A stretch of DNA of 64,000 bases from an uncultured bacterium. GTDB lineage: Bacteria > Patescibacteriota > Minisyncoccia > Phycocordibacterales > Phycocordibacteraceae. Positions 28,121 through 40,172 of this stretch are shown piece by piece. The DNA is taken from NCBI GenBank assembly GCA_947085505.1, contig CAMTWI010000004.1, positions 65,800 to 129,799 of the forward strand, in the 5' to 3' direction. The translations under genes were made by a program, and so were the position numbers. A model generated the notes under the pieces. It did not search any database, was not told the origin of the DNA, and worked only from the letters and a program-made list of their open reading frames with translations. How positions within the stretch are numbered: position 1 is the first letter of the stretch; each line of letters starts with the position of its first letter.

Positions 28121-29095
28121 ATGAGAGGCACTGTTGTTGGTGTATTGCGGGGCGGCCCGTCCAAGGAACATGAAGTGTCCTTAAAGACGGGTCACGCCGT
28201 CATCACAAATCTTCCTGAAGATAGGTATACAACCAGGGACATCTATATAGACAAGGAAGGAGCCTGGCATGAGCGTGGCCGTCCCACAACGCCTGATCGC
28301 GTACTGCCATCTGTTGATGCTGTTGTTATTGGATTGCACGGGGAATACGGAGAGGACGGGGAAGTTCAGAAGCTCCTTGAGCGCTACGGAGTGCCGTATA
28401 CGGGATCTGACTCGTTTGGTTCCTATATTGCGATGCATAAAGTGCTTACCAAGGAGCGCGCGAAGGATATTGGACTCCTGACGCCCAAGTATCGATTCAT
28501 TGAGGAAGGGAACGACACCCATGCAGCAGCTATGGAGATTGTTCGTTCCTTCCATCAACCGGTTATCGTAAAGCCACTTCGGTGGGGATCATCTGTTGGT
28601 ATTACGATTGTAGGCGGTTTCCAACCAGTACATCACGCCATTGATTCACTGCTTGCAGGTGGCGCAGGTGGGGTACTCGTTGAGGAGCTTATTCGCGGCA
28701 CTGAAGCAACGGCAGGTGTTGTTGAAGGGCTTCGCGGTGAAGCGCTCTACGCACTCCCACCTATTGAGATTATTCCCCCCGAACGAGATTTCTTCTCGTA
28801 TAGCGCAAAGTACTCAGGAGCAACCAGGGAGATTGTCCCAGGACGCTTTGCAAAGCCCGTACAAGAAGAGCTCATGCGCATGGCTAAAGCAATGCACGAA
28901 GAGCTTGGTCTCCGGCATTATTCTCGTTCTGATTTCATGGTCTCGCCGAAGGGTATCTATTTCATCGAGACCAACACGCTCCCTGGTATGACCTCTGAGT
29001 CCTTACTTCCAAAGTCCTTGGCAGCCATTGGGGTGTCCTTCCCAGAGTTCCTGTCCCATCTCGTGGACCTTGCTCTAAAGAGCAAGAAACGCTAA
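28121..29095 (+). CDS. ddl: D-alanine--D-alanine ligase
   Basis: VLRGGPSKEHEVSLKTG, GLHGEYGEDGEVQ.LLE..GVPYTGS and an ATP-grasp C-terminal part ending FIETNTLPGMT. The ATG at 28121 is preferred over the GTG at 28100. TATACT at 28107-28112 lies 8 nt upstream. Confidence 0.9.
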   Translation: MRGTVVGVLRGGPSKEHEVSLKTGHAVITNLPEDRYTTRDIYIDKEGAWHERGRPTTPDRVLPSVDAVVIGLHGEYGEDGEVQKLLERYGVPYTGSDSFGSYIAMHKVLTKERAKDIGLLTPKYRFIEEGNDTHAAAMEIVRSFHQPVIVKPLRWGSSVGITIVGGFQPVHHAIDSLLAGGAGGVLVEELIRGTEATAGVVEGLRGEALYALPPIEIIPPERDFFSYSAKYSGATREIVPGRFAKPVQEELMRMAKAMHEELGLRHYSRSDFMVSPKGIYFIETNTLPGMTSESLLPKSLAAIGVSFPEFLSHLVDLALKSKKR

Positions 29096-29114
29096 AGTTC
29101 AGGAGTTCCCGAAA

Positions 29115-29187
29115 GGGCCGTTAGCTCAGTTGGTAGAGCATCTCATTTGCAATGAGAGGGTCGCAGGTTCGAATCCTGTACGGTCCA
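29115..29187 (+). tRNA. tRNA-Ala (anticodon UGC)
   Basis: Acceptor GGGCCGT/ACGGTCC with a G3:U70 pair. D-arm AGCTCAGTTGGTAGAGC. Anticodon loop TTTGCAA. T-arm GCAGGTTCGAATCCTGT. Discriminator A; CCA is not encoded. Confidence 0.9.
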
Positions 29188-29195
29188 CACACAAA

Positions 29196-29224
29196 AGAAA
29201 GAGCCCTCTTGGGCTCTTTCTTGT
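29196..29224 (+). terminator. intrinsic terminator
   Basis: AAAGAGCCC-TCTT-GGGCTCTTT followed by CTTGTT. Confidence 0.75.
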
Positions 29225-29269
29225 TATTAAGAGAGGTATACTAATAGTACTTATCCTTTAAGTATTCAT

Positions 29270-29674
29270 ATGCAGACATTCATACTCGCTGCCATCGCTT
29301 TCCCTATCATGTTCATACTCGATCTTCTTTGGATCGGTGTGGTTGGAAGCGGATTCTACCGTTCGCAGCTCGGCTCGATGCTTCGTCCTGACGTGGTGTG
29401 GCCTGCAGCGCTCGCGTTCTATGTTATCTACTCGCTTGCGGTTGCTTTCTTTGTTATTGCGCCAGCTATTGGGGTGCATTCCATAATGCGCGTAGCGCTA
29501 ACGGCAGCATTCCTCGGCCTTGCGGCATATGCTGCCTATGACCTTACGAATCTTGCAACCATAACCGGTTGGCCGCTCCCACTCACCTTCGTTGATCTTG
29601 CCTGGGGTGTGATTGTGACAACGGTAACGTCAGTAGCGACATATTTAATCGCAACGAAGTTCCTCGGCTACTAG
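29270..29674 (+). CDS. DUF2177-like integral membrane protein
   Basis: Four TM helices. LDLLWIG....FYRSQLG and AAYDLTNLATI.GWP....VDLAWG fit DUF2177 as I recall it. Confidence 0.55.
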   Translation: MQTFILAAIAFPIMFILDLLWIGVVGSGFYRSQLGSMLRPDVVWPAALAFYVIYSLAVAFFVIAPAIGVHSIMRVALTAAFLGLAAYAAYDLTNLATITGWPLPLTFVDLAWGVIVTTVTSVATYLIATKFLGY

Positions 29675-29675
29675 T

Positions 29676-30146
29676 ATGCGACTCGGCTCAGCACTCGCTC
29701 TCGTATTCTTTGTAGGCATATCGCTTGCTGCTGGCTTTATAGGTTCTTTGTCCACCATGGACAGCATCCAGGGATGGTACGCAACACTTAACCGTCCGTC
29801 ATGGACGCCGCCAAACTGGGTGTTCGGGCCGGTATGGACCCTTCTCTATGTCCTTATGGGAACAAGTGCGTTTCTGGTATGGCGCTCAAAGAAACTTGGG
29901 AAGTATCTCGCAATATGGCTCTTCCTCGGACACCTGCTCGTGAACCTATTCTGGTCTATTGCCTTCTTTGGCATGCAGGAACTCTTGCTGGCCATGATTG
30001 TTATCCTGGTGCTGCTTGGTCTCATAATTGCACTCATGCGGATGTACAGGACGCACTCACGTCTCGCGGTGTATCTTATGGTTCCGTATCTCTTGTGGGT
30101 TCTGTACGCCTCAACCCTTAACCTAGGATTCCTACTCCTTAACTAA
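29676..30146 (+). CDS. tspO: TspO/MBR (tryptophan-rich sensory protein) family
   Basis: WYATLNRPSWTPPNWVFGPVWTLLYVLMG and five TM helices. Confidence 0.85.
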   Translation: MRLGSALALVFFVGISLAAGFIGSLSTMDSIQGWYATLNRPSWTPPNWVFGPVWTLLYVLMGTSAFLVWRSKKLGKYLAIWLFLGHLLVNLFWSIAFFGMQELLLAMIVILVLLGLIIALMRMYRTHSRLAVYLMVPYLLWVLYASTLNLGFLLLN

Positions 30147-30151
30147 ATAAT

Positions 30152-30179
30152 AAAAGCGCCTCCGAGTGGAGGCGCTTTT
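30152..30179. terminator. bidirectional intrinsic terminator
   Basis: AAAAGCGCCTCC-GAGT-GGAGGCGCTTTT lies between the convergent tspO and mltG genes. Confidence 0.85.
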
Positions 30180-30180
30180 A

Positions 30181-31242
30181 TTATTTCCCTTGGCCGTAGC
30201 TCTTCTTGAGCATGCGAACGTGCCCGGCATAGTCAGGCGAGCAGAACATGCGGCCCTTGCTGTCATGGAAATAGAAGATACAGTCGGTCTTCTTTGGGTT
30301 AAGCGCAGCAAGAATAGCCTCGGTTGAAGGGTTTGAGATAGGTCCTGGAGGAAGACCCTTGTTCTGGTAGGTGTTGTACGGAGACTTAATGTACTTATCC
30401 GCTGGTCGTGGCACAGGCCACCACGTCTTCGTGCCTCCGTTCGAGGCCTTCGCATACTGAAGCGTTGCATCAATCTGCAGGTTCATGCCGGACCAGAGGC
30501 GGTTCCAGATAATGCCCGAGATAAGACGCATCTCAGACGGATCGCGTGTCTCGCGCTGGAGGAGGGAAGCGATGGTTAGAACGTTCTCGAGAGGAAGTAC
30601 CTGTTCTGCTTCAGGACTGTAGCGAGAGGCTATGTCGCGCTTGAAGCGGTCTGCAAGAAGTTCTTGTACATACGACGCGCTTGCCGCAGACGAGATCATA
30701 TAGGTGCCTGGCACAAACTCGCCTTCTACGAGTTCGGGATTAGTATTGTTTACCTGCTTGAGGAAGGCATCTTGTTCAACCTTGGTCCATCCGAGTGCCA
30801 AGCCGAATGCGCGGGCTACTTCTTCTTGCCGATATCCAGACTTGATGTCGACGAATACGATATCGCTTCCTGCAATCTGACTGTATCCGGGTACCTGCAT
30901 AATGGTGTTTGCAATCCAGGTGATAGCACTGCTCGCAAGCGAAGCTGCGGCACCGAGCGTTGGATTCGATTCGCCAAACAAGGCGTCGACGCTCGGATCA
31001 TCGTTGATAGTTTCGTTGATTGGATCAACGGTTATAGGGAACGGCGGCTTCTGTGGCTCTGTGTAGGCGAGCTGCACTTCATTCTTCAGCATGCCCGGAA
31101 GAGAGAAGAGTCCAAGACCAATCAAAAGAAGCACCACGATGCCAGACATCGCAGCACGAAGATCGATTGGAGCATTCCGCCTACGCTTTCCGTATATAGG
31201 AAGCGTGTGCGGCATGAGGGGTTTCCTCGGTGTCGGTGCCAT
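30181..31242 (-). CDS. mltG: endolytic transglycosylase MltG (YceG-like)
   Basis: N-terminal TM helix. ASLLQRET, NLQIDATLQYA and YNTYQNKGLPPGPISNPS..AILAALNP match the YceG family. Confidence 0.85.
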   Translation of the reverse strand: MAPTPRKPLMPHTLPIYGKRRRNAPIDLRAAMSGIVVLLLIGLGLFSLPGMLKNEVQLAYTEPQKPPFPITVDPINETINDDPSVDALFGESNPTLGAAASLASSAITWIANTIMQVPGYSQIAGSDIVFVDIKSGYRQEEVARAFGLALGWTKVEQDAFLKQVNNTNPELVEGEFVPGTYMISSAASASYVQELLADRFKRDIASRYSPEAEQVLPLENVLTIASLLQRETRDPSEMRLISGIIWNRLWSGMNLQIDATLQYAKASNGGTKTWWPVPRPADKYIKSPYNTYQNKGLPPGPISNPSTEAILAALNPKKTDCIFYFHDSKGRMFCSPDYAGHVRMLKKSYGQGK

Positions 31243-31338
31243 TTGTTCATATTGTATCCCATACCGGAACCGAAAATCCAGAGGTTAAGAACAACGAGCG
31301 CTCGACAGCATGAGCGAGCGAGTGGTACGGTCAAAGAT

Positions 31339-31848
31339 ATGCGCGCGTCTACTCCACAGAAGGTAAAGCTAGTAGAGCGTATCGTTGGAGCGCTTGGCTC
31401 TGCGTATTCGCTTCTTGCACATACTGCCGTGTTTACGGGTTTCTTCCTGTTGGCACTTCTCGGCGTTCTTTCGTGGGAGCTCATGCTTCTTGTGCTTACT
31501 ACCCTCGTCTCACTCGAAGCTATCTACCTAGCACTGTTCATTCAGATAACGGTAAATGAGCACACACGCAGTCTGCGTGAGGTTGAGGAAGAGATTGAAG
31601 AGCTCGGCGAGGAAATGGAAGACATTCAGGAAGATCTTGATGAGATCTCTGAGGATATCGAGGAGATGTCTGAGGACATGGACGAAATTCAGGAAGACAT
31701 TGAGGAGATGAATGAGGAAGAGCTTGAGGAGCGTGCACAAAAGGCACTAAAGCAAAAGAAAGCAACAAAGGCAGAGACACTTGAGCAGCTCACACGCGAT
31801 GTGCAACGAGTACTTGCGGACCTTGAGGCCTTAAAGGGAAGCAAGTAG
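31339..31848 (+). CDS. DUF1003-like membrane protein with periodic acidic tail
   Basis: Two TM helices, then LVSLEAIYLALFIQITVNEHTR (DUF1003-like, from memory), then the EEIEELGEEMEDIQEDLDEISEDIEEMSEDMDEIQEDIEEMNEEE repeats. ORF track starts at 30664, but that part is antisense to mltG. Confidence 0.55.
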   Translation: MRASTPQKVKLVERIVGALGSAYSLLAHTAVFTGFFLLALLGVLSWELMLLVLTTLVSLEAIYLALFIQITVNEHTRSLREVEEEIEELGEEMEDIQEDLDEISEDIEEMSEDMDEIQEDIEEMNEEELEERAQKALKQKKATKAETLEQLTRDVQRVLADLEALKGSK

Positions 31849-31859
31849 AGTATTGAAGC

Positions 31860-31932
31860 GGGCCCATAGCTCATCTGGTAGAGCGCTTCCATGGCATGGA
31901 AGAGGTGAGGAGTTCGAGTCTCCTTGGGTCCA
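31860..31932 (+). tRNA. tRNA-Ala (anticodon GGC)
   Basis: Acceptor GGGCCCA/TGGGTCC with G3:U70. Anticodon stem CTTCC/GGAAG with loop ATGGCAT. T-arm GGAGTTCGAGTCTCC. Discriminator A. Confidence 0.9.
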
Positions 31933-31996
31933 CTAACAATTGTGTTTTTGTAATAATCGTGTTATAGTACGTATAGAAAGAGGGAGGTAACAACAA

Positions 31997-32284
31997 ATGC
32001 ATACTGGCTATAGAGTTCCGAAAGTGAACTGCCGTGGTGTTGTCCGAGGAATGGATAGCGACAAGGCGCAGAAGCTGGAGGCTATCCGCGCGGACAACAA
32101 GCTTGAAAGCGAGGCAAGGATTCAGGCAGCAAAATCCTTTAGCCGTGGCATGAGCGTAAAGACCCAGGACGGCAAGGTTGGGAGAGTCTCGTCCGTTAAC
32201 TACCGGACCGGCTCAATCGAGGTTGTTGGAAGGGGCTTCCTGCGCCCGGAATGGCACTCAGCTAGCACGCTCGAAAAACCGTAG
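31997..32284 (+). CDS. hypothetical protein (orphan, SD-led)
   Basis: 95 aa. SD GGGAGG at 31982-87 lies 9 nt upstream, and it has its own terminator. No recognised motif. Confidence 0.5.
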   Translation: MHTGYRVPKVNCRGVVRGMDSDKAQKLEAIRADNKLESEARIQAAKSFSRGMSVKTQDGKVGRVSSVNYRTGSIEVVGRGFLRPEWHSASTLEKP

Positions 32285-32303
32285 TAGGACTGCAGACGCA
32301 TCG

Positions 32304-32331
32304 AGGGGACGGATCATTCCGTCCCCTTTTG
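32304..32331 (+). terminator. intrinsic terminator
   Basis: AGGGGACGGA-TCAT-TCCGTCCCCT followed by TTTTG. Confidence 0.8.
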
Positions 32332-32363
32332 TCTATATAACAAGCCTCTGCTACACTGACCCC

Positions 32364-33197
32364 ATGACAGGGGCACTGACCCATCTCGGGTCATTTTTCA
32401 ATATGCTATTTGGCACAAACGTCGCGCACGCGGCGGAGGCTGGCGCTGCCCCAAGCATTCACGTAGTTCTTAAGGCCGAGGAGGTCTTTAATCTTGCGGG
32501 ATTTCCTATAACGAACTCGCTCATTATGACGGTTATTACAACCGTCCTTCTTCTTGCGTTTGCATACCTGGTTCGTAGCAAGCTTGCTATGGTTCCGGGC
32601 AAGCTTCAGGCAGGTGTTGAGATGCTGTTCCAGAGTGTGCTTGATTACATGGCAGAGACACTTGAGAGCAAGGATATGGCACGCAAGTTCTTTCCGCTCA
32701 TTATGACGATCTTCCTGTTTGTTCTAGTTGCGAACCAGCTCGCATTCCTTCCTGGGGTTGGGTCCATCCTTGTTGAGCATGGTGATCACCTTATCCCGTT
32801 GCTTCGTGCGCCTGCCGCGGACCTCAACATGACACTCGCGCTCGCTATCATTGCCTTCGTTGTGATTGAGGTGACGGGAGTCATCGTGCTCGGCTTTTTC
32901 AAGTACGCCGGGAAATATGTTAATTTTAGCTCACCGGTTAACTTCGTTGTGGGCATCATCGAGCTTATCTCGAACATCGGCCGCCTCATCTCATTCTCGT
33001 TCCGTCTCTTCGGTAACGTATTCGCGGGAGAGGTGATGATTGTGGTGGCGCTGTTCTTCGTGGCGTACCTGCTGCCAGTGCCTTTGATTGCGTTTGAGGT
33101 CTTCGTGGGCTTTATCCAGGCGGTGGTGTTTGCCATGCTCACGTTGTTCTTCATAAAGCTATCAATCACGGAACCACATGGGGATGAGGCGCATTAG
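32364..33197 (+). CDS. atpB: F0F1 ATP synthase subunit a
   Basis: Multi-TM protein with the conserved region SFSFRLFGNVFAGEV (essential Arg). The ATG at 32364 is chosen because ORF-track start 32178 overlaps the upstream gene and terminator. Confidence 0.85.
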   Translation: MTGALTHLGSFFNMLFGTNVAHAAEAGAAPSIHVVLKAEEVFNLAGFPITNSLIMTVITTVLLLAFAYLVRSKLAMVPGKLQAGVEMLFQSVLDYMAETLESKDMARKFFPLIMTIFLFVLVANQLAFLPGVGSILVEHGDHLIPLLRAPAADLNMTLALAIIAFVVIEVTGVIVLGFFKYAGKYVNFSSPVNFVVGIIELISNIGRLISFSFRLFGNVFAGEVMIVVALFFVAYLLPVPLIAFEVFVGFIQAVVFAMLTLFFIKLSITEPHGDEAH

Positions 33198-33245
33198 CCT
33201 TCTCTCGATGTGGCTCCGGGATGGAGCGATTATTTAGCTAGATAA

Positions 33246-33488
<243 letters not shown>

Positions 33489-33508
33489 GGTAGGTAGCAC
33501 ACGCCATT

Positions 33509-33955
33509 ATGGAATCCCTTCTTGACGCATTCGGTATTGACTGGAAGCTGCTCACCGCACAGCTGGTCAACTTCGGCGTGCTCTTCGTTGCTCTTACCTG
33601 GCTTCTCTATAAGCCGGTTATGAAAACGCTCGACGAGCGTGCGGCAAAGATTGCGCAAGGCGTTGAGGACGCAGAGATTGCATCTGAGAAGGCCGCGAGG
33701 GCTGATGAGAATGCTGCGAAGGTCGTGAAAGGTGCTGAGACCGAGGCCGAAGGCATCGTTGCAAGCGCCCGCGACCTCGCAGGTACCGAAAAGTCTCGCA
33801 TCATGAAGGAAGCAGAGGCTCGTGCTGCACAAGTAGCAGCAGACGCGGAAGCGCGTGCAGAGGAGACTGCTGCTAAAGCGCTTCGCGATTCTGAGAAGGA
33901 AGTTGCTCGTCTTGCGGTACTTGCAGCTGAGAAGGTGCTTCGGGAGTCCAAATAA
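33509..33955 (+). CDS. atpF: F0F1 ATP synthase subunit b
   Basis: N-terminal TM helix (QLVNFGVLFVALTWLLYKPV) followed by a long Ala/Glu/Lys helix. Operon position fits. Confidence 0.85.
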   Translation: MESLLDAFGIDWKLLTAQLVNFGVLFVALTWLLYKPVMKTLDERAAKIAQGVEDAEIASEKAARADENAAKVVKGAETEAEGIVASARDLAGTEKSRIMKEAEARAAQVAADAEARAEETAAKALRDSEKEVARLAVLAAEKVLRESK

Positions 33956-33957
33956 GC

Positions 33958-34323
33958 ATGGAACGAGAGTACGCACAGGCACTTTCAGATAGTCTCGCTC
34001 GGGGAACCGATGAGGCAAAGCTTGTGGATGGCCTCGTAAAGCATCTCAAGGAAGAAGGACGCATGAAGCTCCTTCCGGGCATTGTCCGCGAGCTCAAGCG
34101 TCTTCAAACGGAGACCGCAAAGCTTGCGCCATCTCTTGAGATTGCGAGTGAAGCAGATCGCGCAGTATTCATTGCTGCTGCTAAAGAAGCAGGTATTGAA
34201 ACCAGTGAGGTAACGGTTAATCCGAGTCTTATCAAAGGCTGGCGTGCTCGTTCAGGAAGTGTGCTCGTAGACCGCTCTGCAAAGCAGGCATTAGTAGACC
34301 TTTATCAAAAGATTACGAACTAG
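33958..34323 (+). CDS. atpH: F0F1 ATP synthase subunit delta, short form
   Basis: Its operon position is between b and alpha. The C-terminal OSCP-like LIKGWRARSGSVLVDRSAKQAL is present. It is only 121 aa. Confidence 0.7.
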   Translation: MEREYAQALSDSLARGTDEAKLVDGLVKHLKEEGRMKLLPGIVRELKRLQTETAKLAPSLEIASEADRAVFIAAAKEAGIETSEVTVNPSLIKGWRARSGSVLVDRSAKQALVDLYQKITN

Positions 34324-34326
34324 GGT

Positions 34327-35880
34327 ATGGAAAGCATCATCAAGCGCATCGAGTCCGAGATCGCAGGCTTCGACGGAAGTAAGGCGAAGGGCACAACAGA
34401 GACCGGCATCGTCCGGGCAACGGGAGACGGTATCGCAGAGATAGACGGACTCGAGAACGCCATCATGTCTGAGATGGTGCTCTTCGATCCCACCTTCGAC
34501 CGTTCACTCGAAGATGCGCTCAAGGATGCTGACCCGGTCTACGGTCTCGTGCTTAACCTCGAAGAGGACGGCGTTCGCGCGGTTATTCTCGGGGACGCCT
34601 CAAAGGTCTACGAAGGCATGTTGGTTCGTCGTGTTGGTCGCCTCCTCTCCATCCCAGTAGGTGACTCGCTCGTTGGCCGCGTGGTTAACCCTCTCGGTGA
34701 GCCGGTTGACGGCAAGGGTCCGACAAAGGCAGATACCTTCCGTCCTATCGAGAAAGAAGCGTACGGCGTTATTGACCGTGCTCCGGTTAACACCCCGCTT
34801 CACACTGGTATCAAGGCCATTGATGCTATGACACCGATTGGTCGCGGACAGCGCCAGCTCATCATTGGCGACCGTGGTACCGGAAAGACAACGATTGCTA
34901 TTGATACCATCCTCAACCAGAAGTCTGAGTCTGCAGATACCCGTCCTATTTGTGTGTATGTGGCTATCGGTCAGAAGGAATCGAAGACCGCACGTATCGT
35001 GGGCCAGCTCACTGAAGCAGGTGCGATGGACTACACCATTGTGGTGACTGCTCCAGCCTCTTCACCTGCTGCCTTCCAGTTTTTGGCCCCATTTGCGGGA
35101 GCAGCAATTGCCGAGCACTTCATGGAGCAGGGCAAGGATGCGCTAGTGGTCTATGACGATCTTTCGAAGCAGGCCGTTGCATACCGCCAGATGTCGCTTC
35201 TTCTTCGCCGTCCGCCAGGTCGCGAGGCGTACCCGGGAGACGTGTTCTACTTGCACTCCCGTCTACTTGAGCGTGCCGCAAAGCTCTCTAAGGAGAAGGG
35301 TGGCGGCTCTATTACGGCGCTTCCGATCATCGAGACGCAGGAGAACGACGTGTCAGCCTATATTCCAACGAACGTGATTTCGATTACGGACGGACAGATC
35401 TTCCTCGAGGCTGACCTCTTCAACAAGGGCTTCCGTCCGGCTATGAACGTCGGTATCTCCGTGTCTCGCGTGGGTTCTGCTGCGCAGACCAAGGCTATGA
35501 AGAAGGTGTCGGGCAAGATCAAGCTTGAGCTCGCCCAGTTCCGTGAGCTTGAGGCATTCATGCAGTTCTCTTCGGATCTCGACGAGAACACGAAGAAGCA
35601 GATTGAAGCCGGACAGCGCATGACGGAGATGTTGAAGCAAGGTAACGGCCGTCCAATCGCCTTTGAGATGGAATCCGCGATTATCTTCGCGGCAACCAAC
35701 GGCTACTTCGATGGCTTCGCGCCTGAGGAGACTGCAGCGGCCGAGATTCGTCTTCAGGACTTCCTCAACCGCGAGGCGATGGGCGTGCTTGCAGCAATCC
35801 GCACAACTAAGGAGATTGGCGAAGCAACCGAGAAGGACCTTCGTGCTGCTCTCGACAAGTTCGTAGAACGTTCCGCATAA
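34327..35880 (+). CDS. atpA: F0F1 ATP synthase subunit alpha
   Basis: GDRGTGKT P-loop, [49 protein letters not shown]. Confidence 0.95.
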   Translation: MESIIKRIESEIAGFDGSKAKGTTETGIVRATGDGIAEIDGLENAIMSEMVLFDPTFDRSLEDALKDADPVYGLVLNLEEDGVRAVILGDASKVYEGMLVRRVGRLLSIPVGDSLVGRVVNPLGEPVDGKGPTKADTFRPIEKEAYGVIDRAPVNTPLHTGIKAIDAMTPIGRGQRQLIIGDRGTGKTTIAIDTILNQKSESADTRPICVYVAIGQKESKTARIVGQLTEAGAMDYTIVVTAPASSPAAFQFLAPFAGAAIAEHFMEQGKDALVVYDDLSKQAVAYRQMSLLLRRPPGREAYPGDVFYLHSRLLERAAKLSKEKGGGSITALPIIETQENDVSAYIPTNVISITDGQIFLEADLFNKGFRPAMNVGISVSRVGSAAQTKAMKKVSGKIKLELAQFRELEAFMQFSSDLDENTKKQIEAGQRMTEMLKQGNGRPIAFEMESAIIFAATNGYFDGFAPEETAAAEIRLQDFLNREAMGVLAAIRTTKEIGEATEKDLRAALDKFVERSA

Positions 35881-35899
35881 CTGACGACTGATTTCTCTC

Positions 35900-38222
<2,323 letters not shown>

Positions 38223-38228
38223 TACTCT

Positions 38229-38477
38229 ATGGCAAAGACCTTCCACCTCACTATCGCAAACGTCGGAGAGAATCTCTTCGATGGTGAGGCGTTGTCGGTC
38301 ACACTTCCAGGTGCCGAAGGAATGTTTACGGTTATGGCTGGACACGAGGCGTTCGTAACGCCGCTTCAGGCAGGTGTTGCACTGGTTAAGACTACGGATG
38401 GAGCTGAGACCTCGTACACACTTCATCCGGGAGGTATCGCAGAAGTGTCTGGAGGACAGGCAACAGTGCTTCTATAA
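38229..38477 (+). CDS. atpC: F0F1 ATP synthase subunit epsilon, N-terminal domain only
   Basis: 82-aa beta-sandwich pattern (L.I......F.GEA..V.LPG.EG.F.V..GH......L..G). No C-terminal helical hairpin. Confidence 0.8.
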   Translation: MAKTFHLTIANVGENLFDGEALSVTLPGAEGMFTVMAGHEAFVTPLQAGVALVKTTDGAETSYTLHPGGIAEVSGGQATVLL

Positions 38478-38489
38478 GAATACGTAAAG

Positions 38490-38520
38490 AGCACCGCTCG
38501 GGTTCTCCCCGGGCGGTGCT
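38490..38520 (+). terminator. intrinsic terminator of atp operon
   Basis: AGCACCGCTCGG-loop-CCGGGCGGTGCT forms a 12-bp stem, followed by TTACTTT. Confidence 0.75.
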
Positions 38521-38529
38521 TTACTTTAT

Positions 38530-38976
38530 GTGGGAACGTACCATACTTACATGCATATGAATGAAGAAGGCGAATTCGAGCCGGTGCCTCAAGGACCTAC
38601 CCATTATCATGGCGACACCGTTCGTGCACTGTTCCTCACCGCAGCTGCTTTAGTCTTCGCAACAAGGTTTATTGGTACTGAGCTCCCATTCACCTTTGGT
38701 GCACAAATGCTCCTTATTCTTACGCTTGTTATAACCGCTGGAATAACTAATCCAGCACAAAAGGCAATTCATTATGTGAACATGCTTGTCTCTGTTGCAG
38801 GCACGCTAACGTTCGGCAGCCTTGCATTCTCGCGCATTGAGACCTCGGAAGCACTCTTCTCAGGAGAAGGACTTATAGTACTTATTGCGTTTTTGTTCCT
38901 CGCGGCACTCTATTTCTCTACGCGTACGGTGCGCGGACTCTCGGTACCGCATGTGCGCATTGGTTCAAGATTGTAG
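38530..38976 (+). CDS. hypothetical integral membrane protein
   Basis: Four hydrophobic helices after an acidic N-terminus. The start is uncertain: GTG 38530 or ATG 38551. Confidence 0.5.
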   Translation: MGTYHTYMHMNEEGEFEPVPQGPTHYHGDTVRALFLTAAALVFATRFIGTELPFTFGAQMLLILTLVITAGITNPAQKAIHYVNMLVSVAGTLTFGSLAFSRIETSEALFSGEGLIVLIAFLFLAALYFSTRTVRGLSVPHVRIGSRL

Positions 38977-39047
38977 TAGCCCGTATGGTAGACGAGATGC
39001 CGGATCCACAGGTCCGGCTTTCTCGTTTGTGATACCATAGTGCTCAT

Positions 39048-39281
39048 ATGATTCAGAAATTCCTCGTTCGCCAGGCTCTTAAAATGAAGATGAAGGATAT
39101 GCCCGAAGCACAGCGGGAGCAGATCCTTACGCTCGTTGAGAAAGATCCGGAGCTCTTTAAAAAGATTGGCGAGGAAGTTGATCGTCGCGTAAAGGGAGGC
39201 GAGAACCAGATGAAAGCCTCTATGGAGGTTATGAAGAAGTATCGCACCGAGCTCTCGGGACTTGTGGGTCCTCAGCAGTAG
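39048..39281 (+). CDS. hypothetical small helical protein
   Basis: 77 aa, Lys/Glu-rich, no recognised motif. Confidence 0.45.
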   Translation: MIQKFLVRQALKMKMKDMPEAQREQILTLVEKDPELFKKIGEEVDRRVKGGENQMKASMEVMKKYRTELSGLVGPQQ

Positions 39282-39286
39282 TCTCT

Positions 39287-39871
39287 ATGAAAGCAAAGCG
39301 CATTTTCATCTTGCTCGGCCATCCGGATTCTGGGATGGAGCCAATGTCTCGTACCCTTGCTGATACCTATGAACAGGCCGCGAAGGAAGCAGGGCACGAC
39401 GTACGACGAATGAATATCTTTGATCTCTCCTTCGACCCAGTACTCCATAAAGGATACCGTGCAATTCAGGAACTTGAACCAGATCTTAAGGCGGTACAGG
39501 AGAATCTTTCCTGGTGCGAGCACTTTGTGCTCGTATATCCAAACTGGTGGGGTGCAATGCCAGCCCTGCTTAAGGGTATGTGGGACCGTATGTTCTTGCC
39601 GCGCTTTGCGTTTCGTATGTGGAAGAATCGCTTTGGATGGGATGCGCTTCTTAAAGGCAGGACCGCGCGCGTCATGATTACGTGTGGGAACCCCGCAATT
39701 CTTGATCATCTGGCATTCGGGGATTTCTCAGACACTATTAAGCGCTCTATCCTCCAGTTTGCTGGCTTCAAAACCTGGATCTCGGCGTTCGGACATAGCG
39801 AGCATGCATCGGTTGGGACACAAGAGAGGTGGAAGAGAGAGGTGCGTGCACTTGGACGGAAGGGGCGATAG
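39287..39871 (+). CDS. flavodoxin-like fold NAD(P)H (quinone) oxidoreductase
   Basis: RIFILLGHPD, the E.DLK..Q..L.WCEHFVLVYPNWWGAMPALLKGMWDRMFLPRFAF pattern fits Flavodoxin_2 (NQO/KefF-like) proteins. Confidence 0.75.
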   Translation: MKAKRIFILLGHPDSGMEPMSRTLADTYEQAAKEAGHDVRRMNIFDLSFDPVLHKGYRAIQELEPDLKAVQENLSWCEHFVLVYPNWWGAMPALLKGMWDRMFLPRFAFRMWKNRFGWDALLKGRTARVMITCGNPAILDHLAFGDFSDTIKRSILQFAGFKTWISAFGHSEHASVGTQERWKREVRALGRKGR

Positions 39872-39953
39872 ATAGGGGGGTTGTATAGAAACTAACAGAG
39901 CCCCAATTCTAGCGGGCGTATGTACGTGTAGATTTGAGGCTCTGAAGAAGTTG

Positions 39954-40172
39954 TTACTTCTTAGCGACCTCCTTGATTTCGAACGTTCCCCAGACGTTAA
40001 CGAGTATCAAGAGGCCTATAAGGGCCGGTATGTTCGAGATCATATAGAACACGAGTATCTGCCACCAGTTGAAGGTAGTAAATATGTGCATTCCAGCGAG
40101 CGGCCAAAAGATGAGGCCGACACCCAAACTAACCAGCGTTATGAGAATGTACTTATTCGTAACCTTGAGCAT
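39954..40172 (-). CDS. small 2-TM membrane protein
   Basis: 72 aa with two clear hydrophobic helices. SD AAGGAG lies 6 nt upstream. The co-located + strand ORF (39951-40175) has neither feature. Confidence 0.5.
   Translation of the reverse strand: MLKVTNKYILITLVSLGVGLIFWPLAGMHIFTTFNWWQILVFYMISNIPALIGLLILVNVWGTFEIKEVAKK

Noticed and set aside
30664-31338. N-terminal 225 codons of the 394-aa + strand ORF 30664-31848
   Set aside because: This part is antisense to the well-supported mltG gene. The membrane and acidic-tail protein begins plausibly at ATG 31339, downstream of the mltG start.
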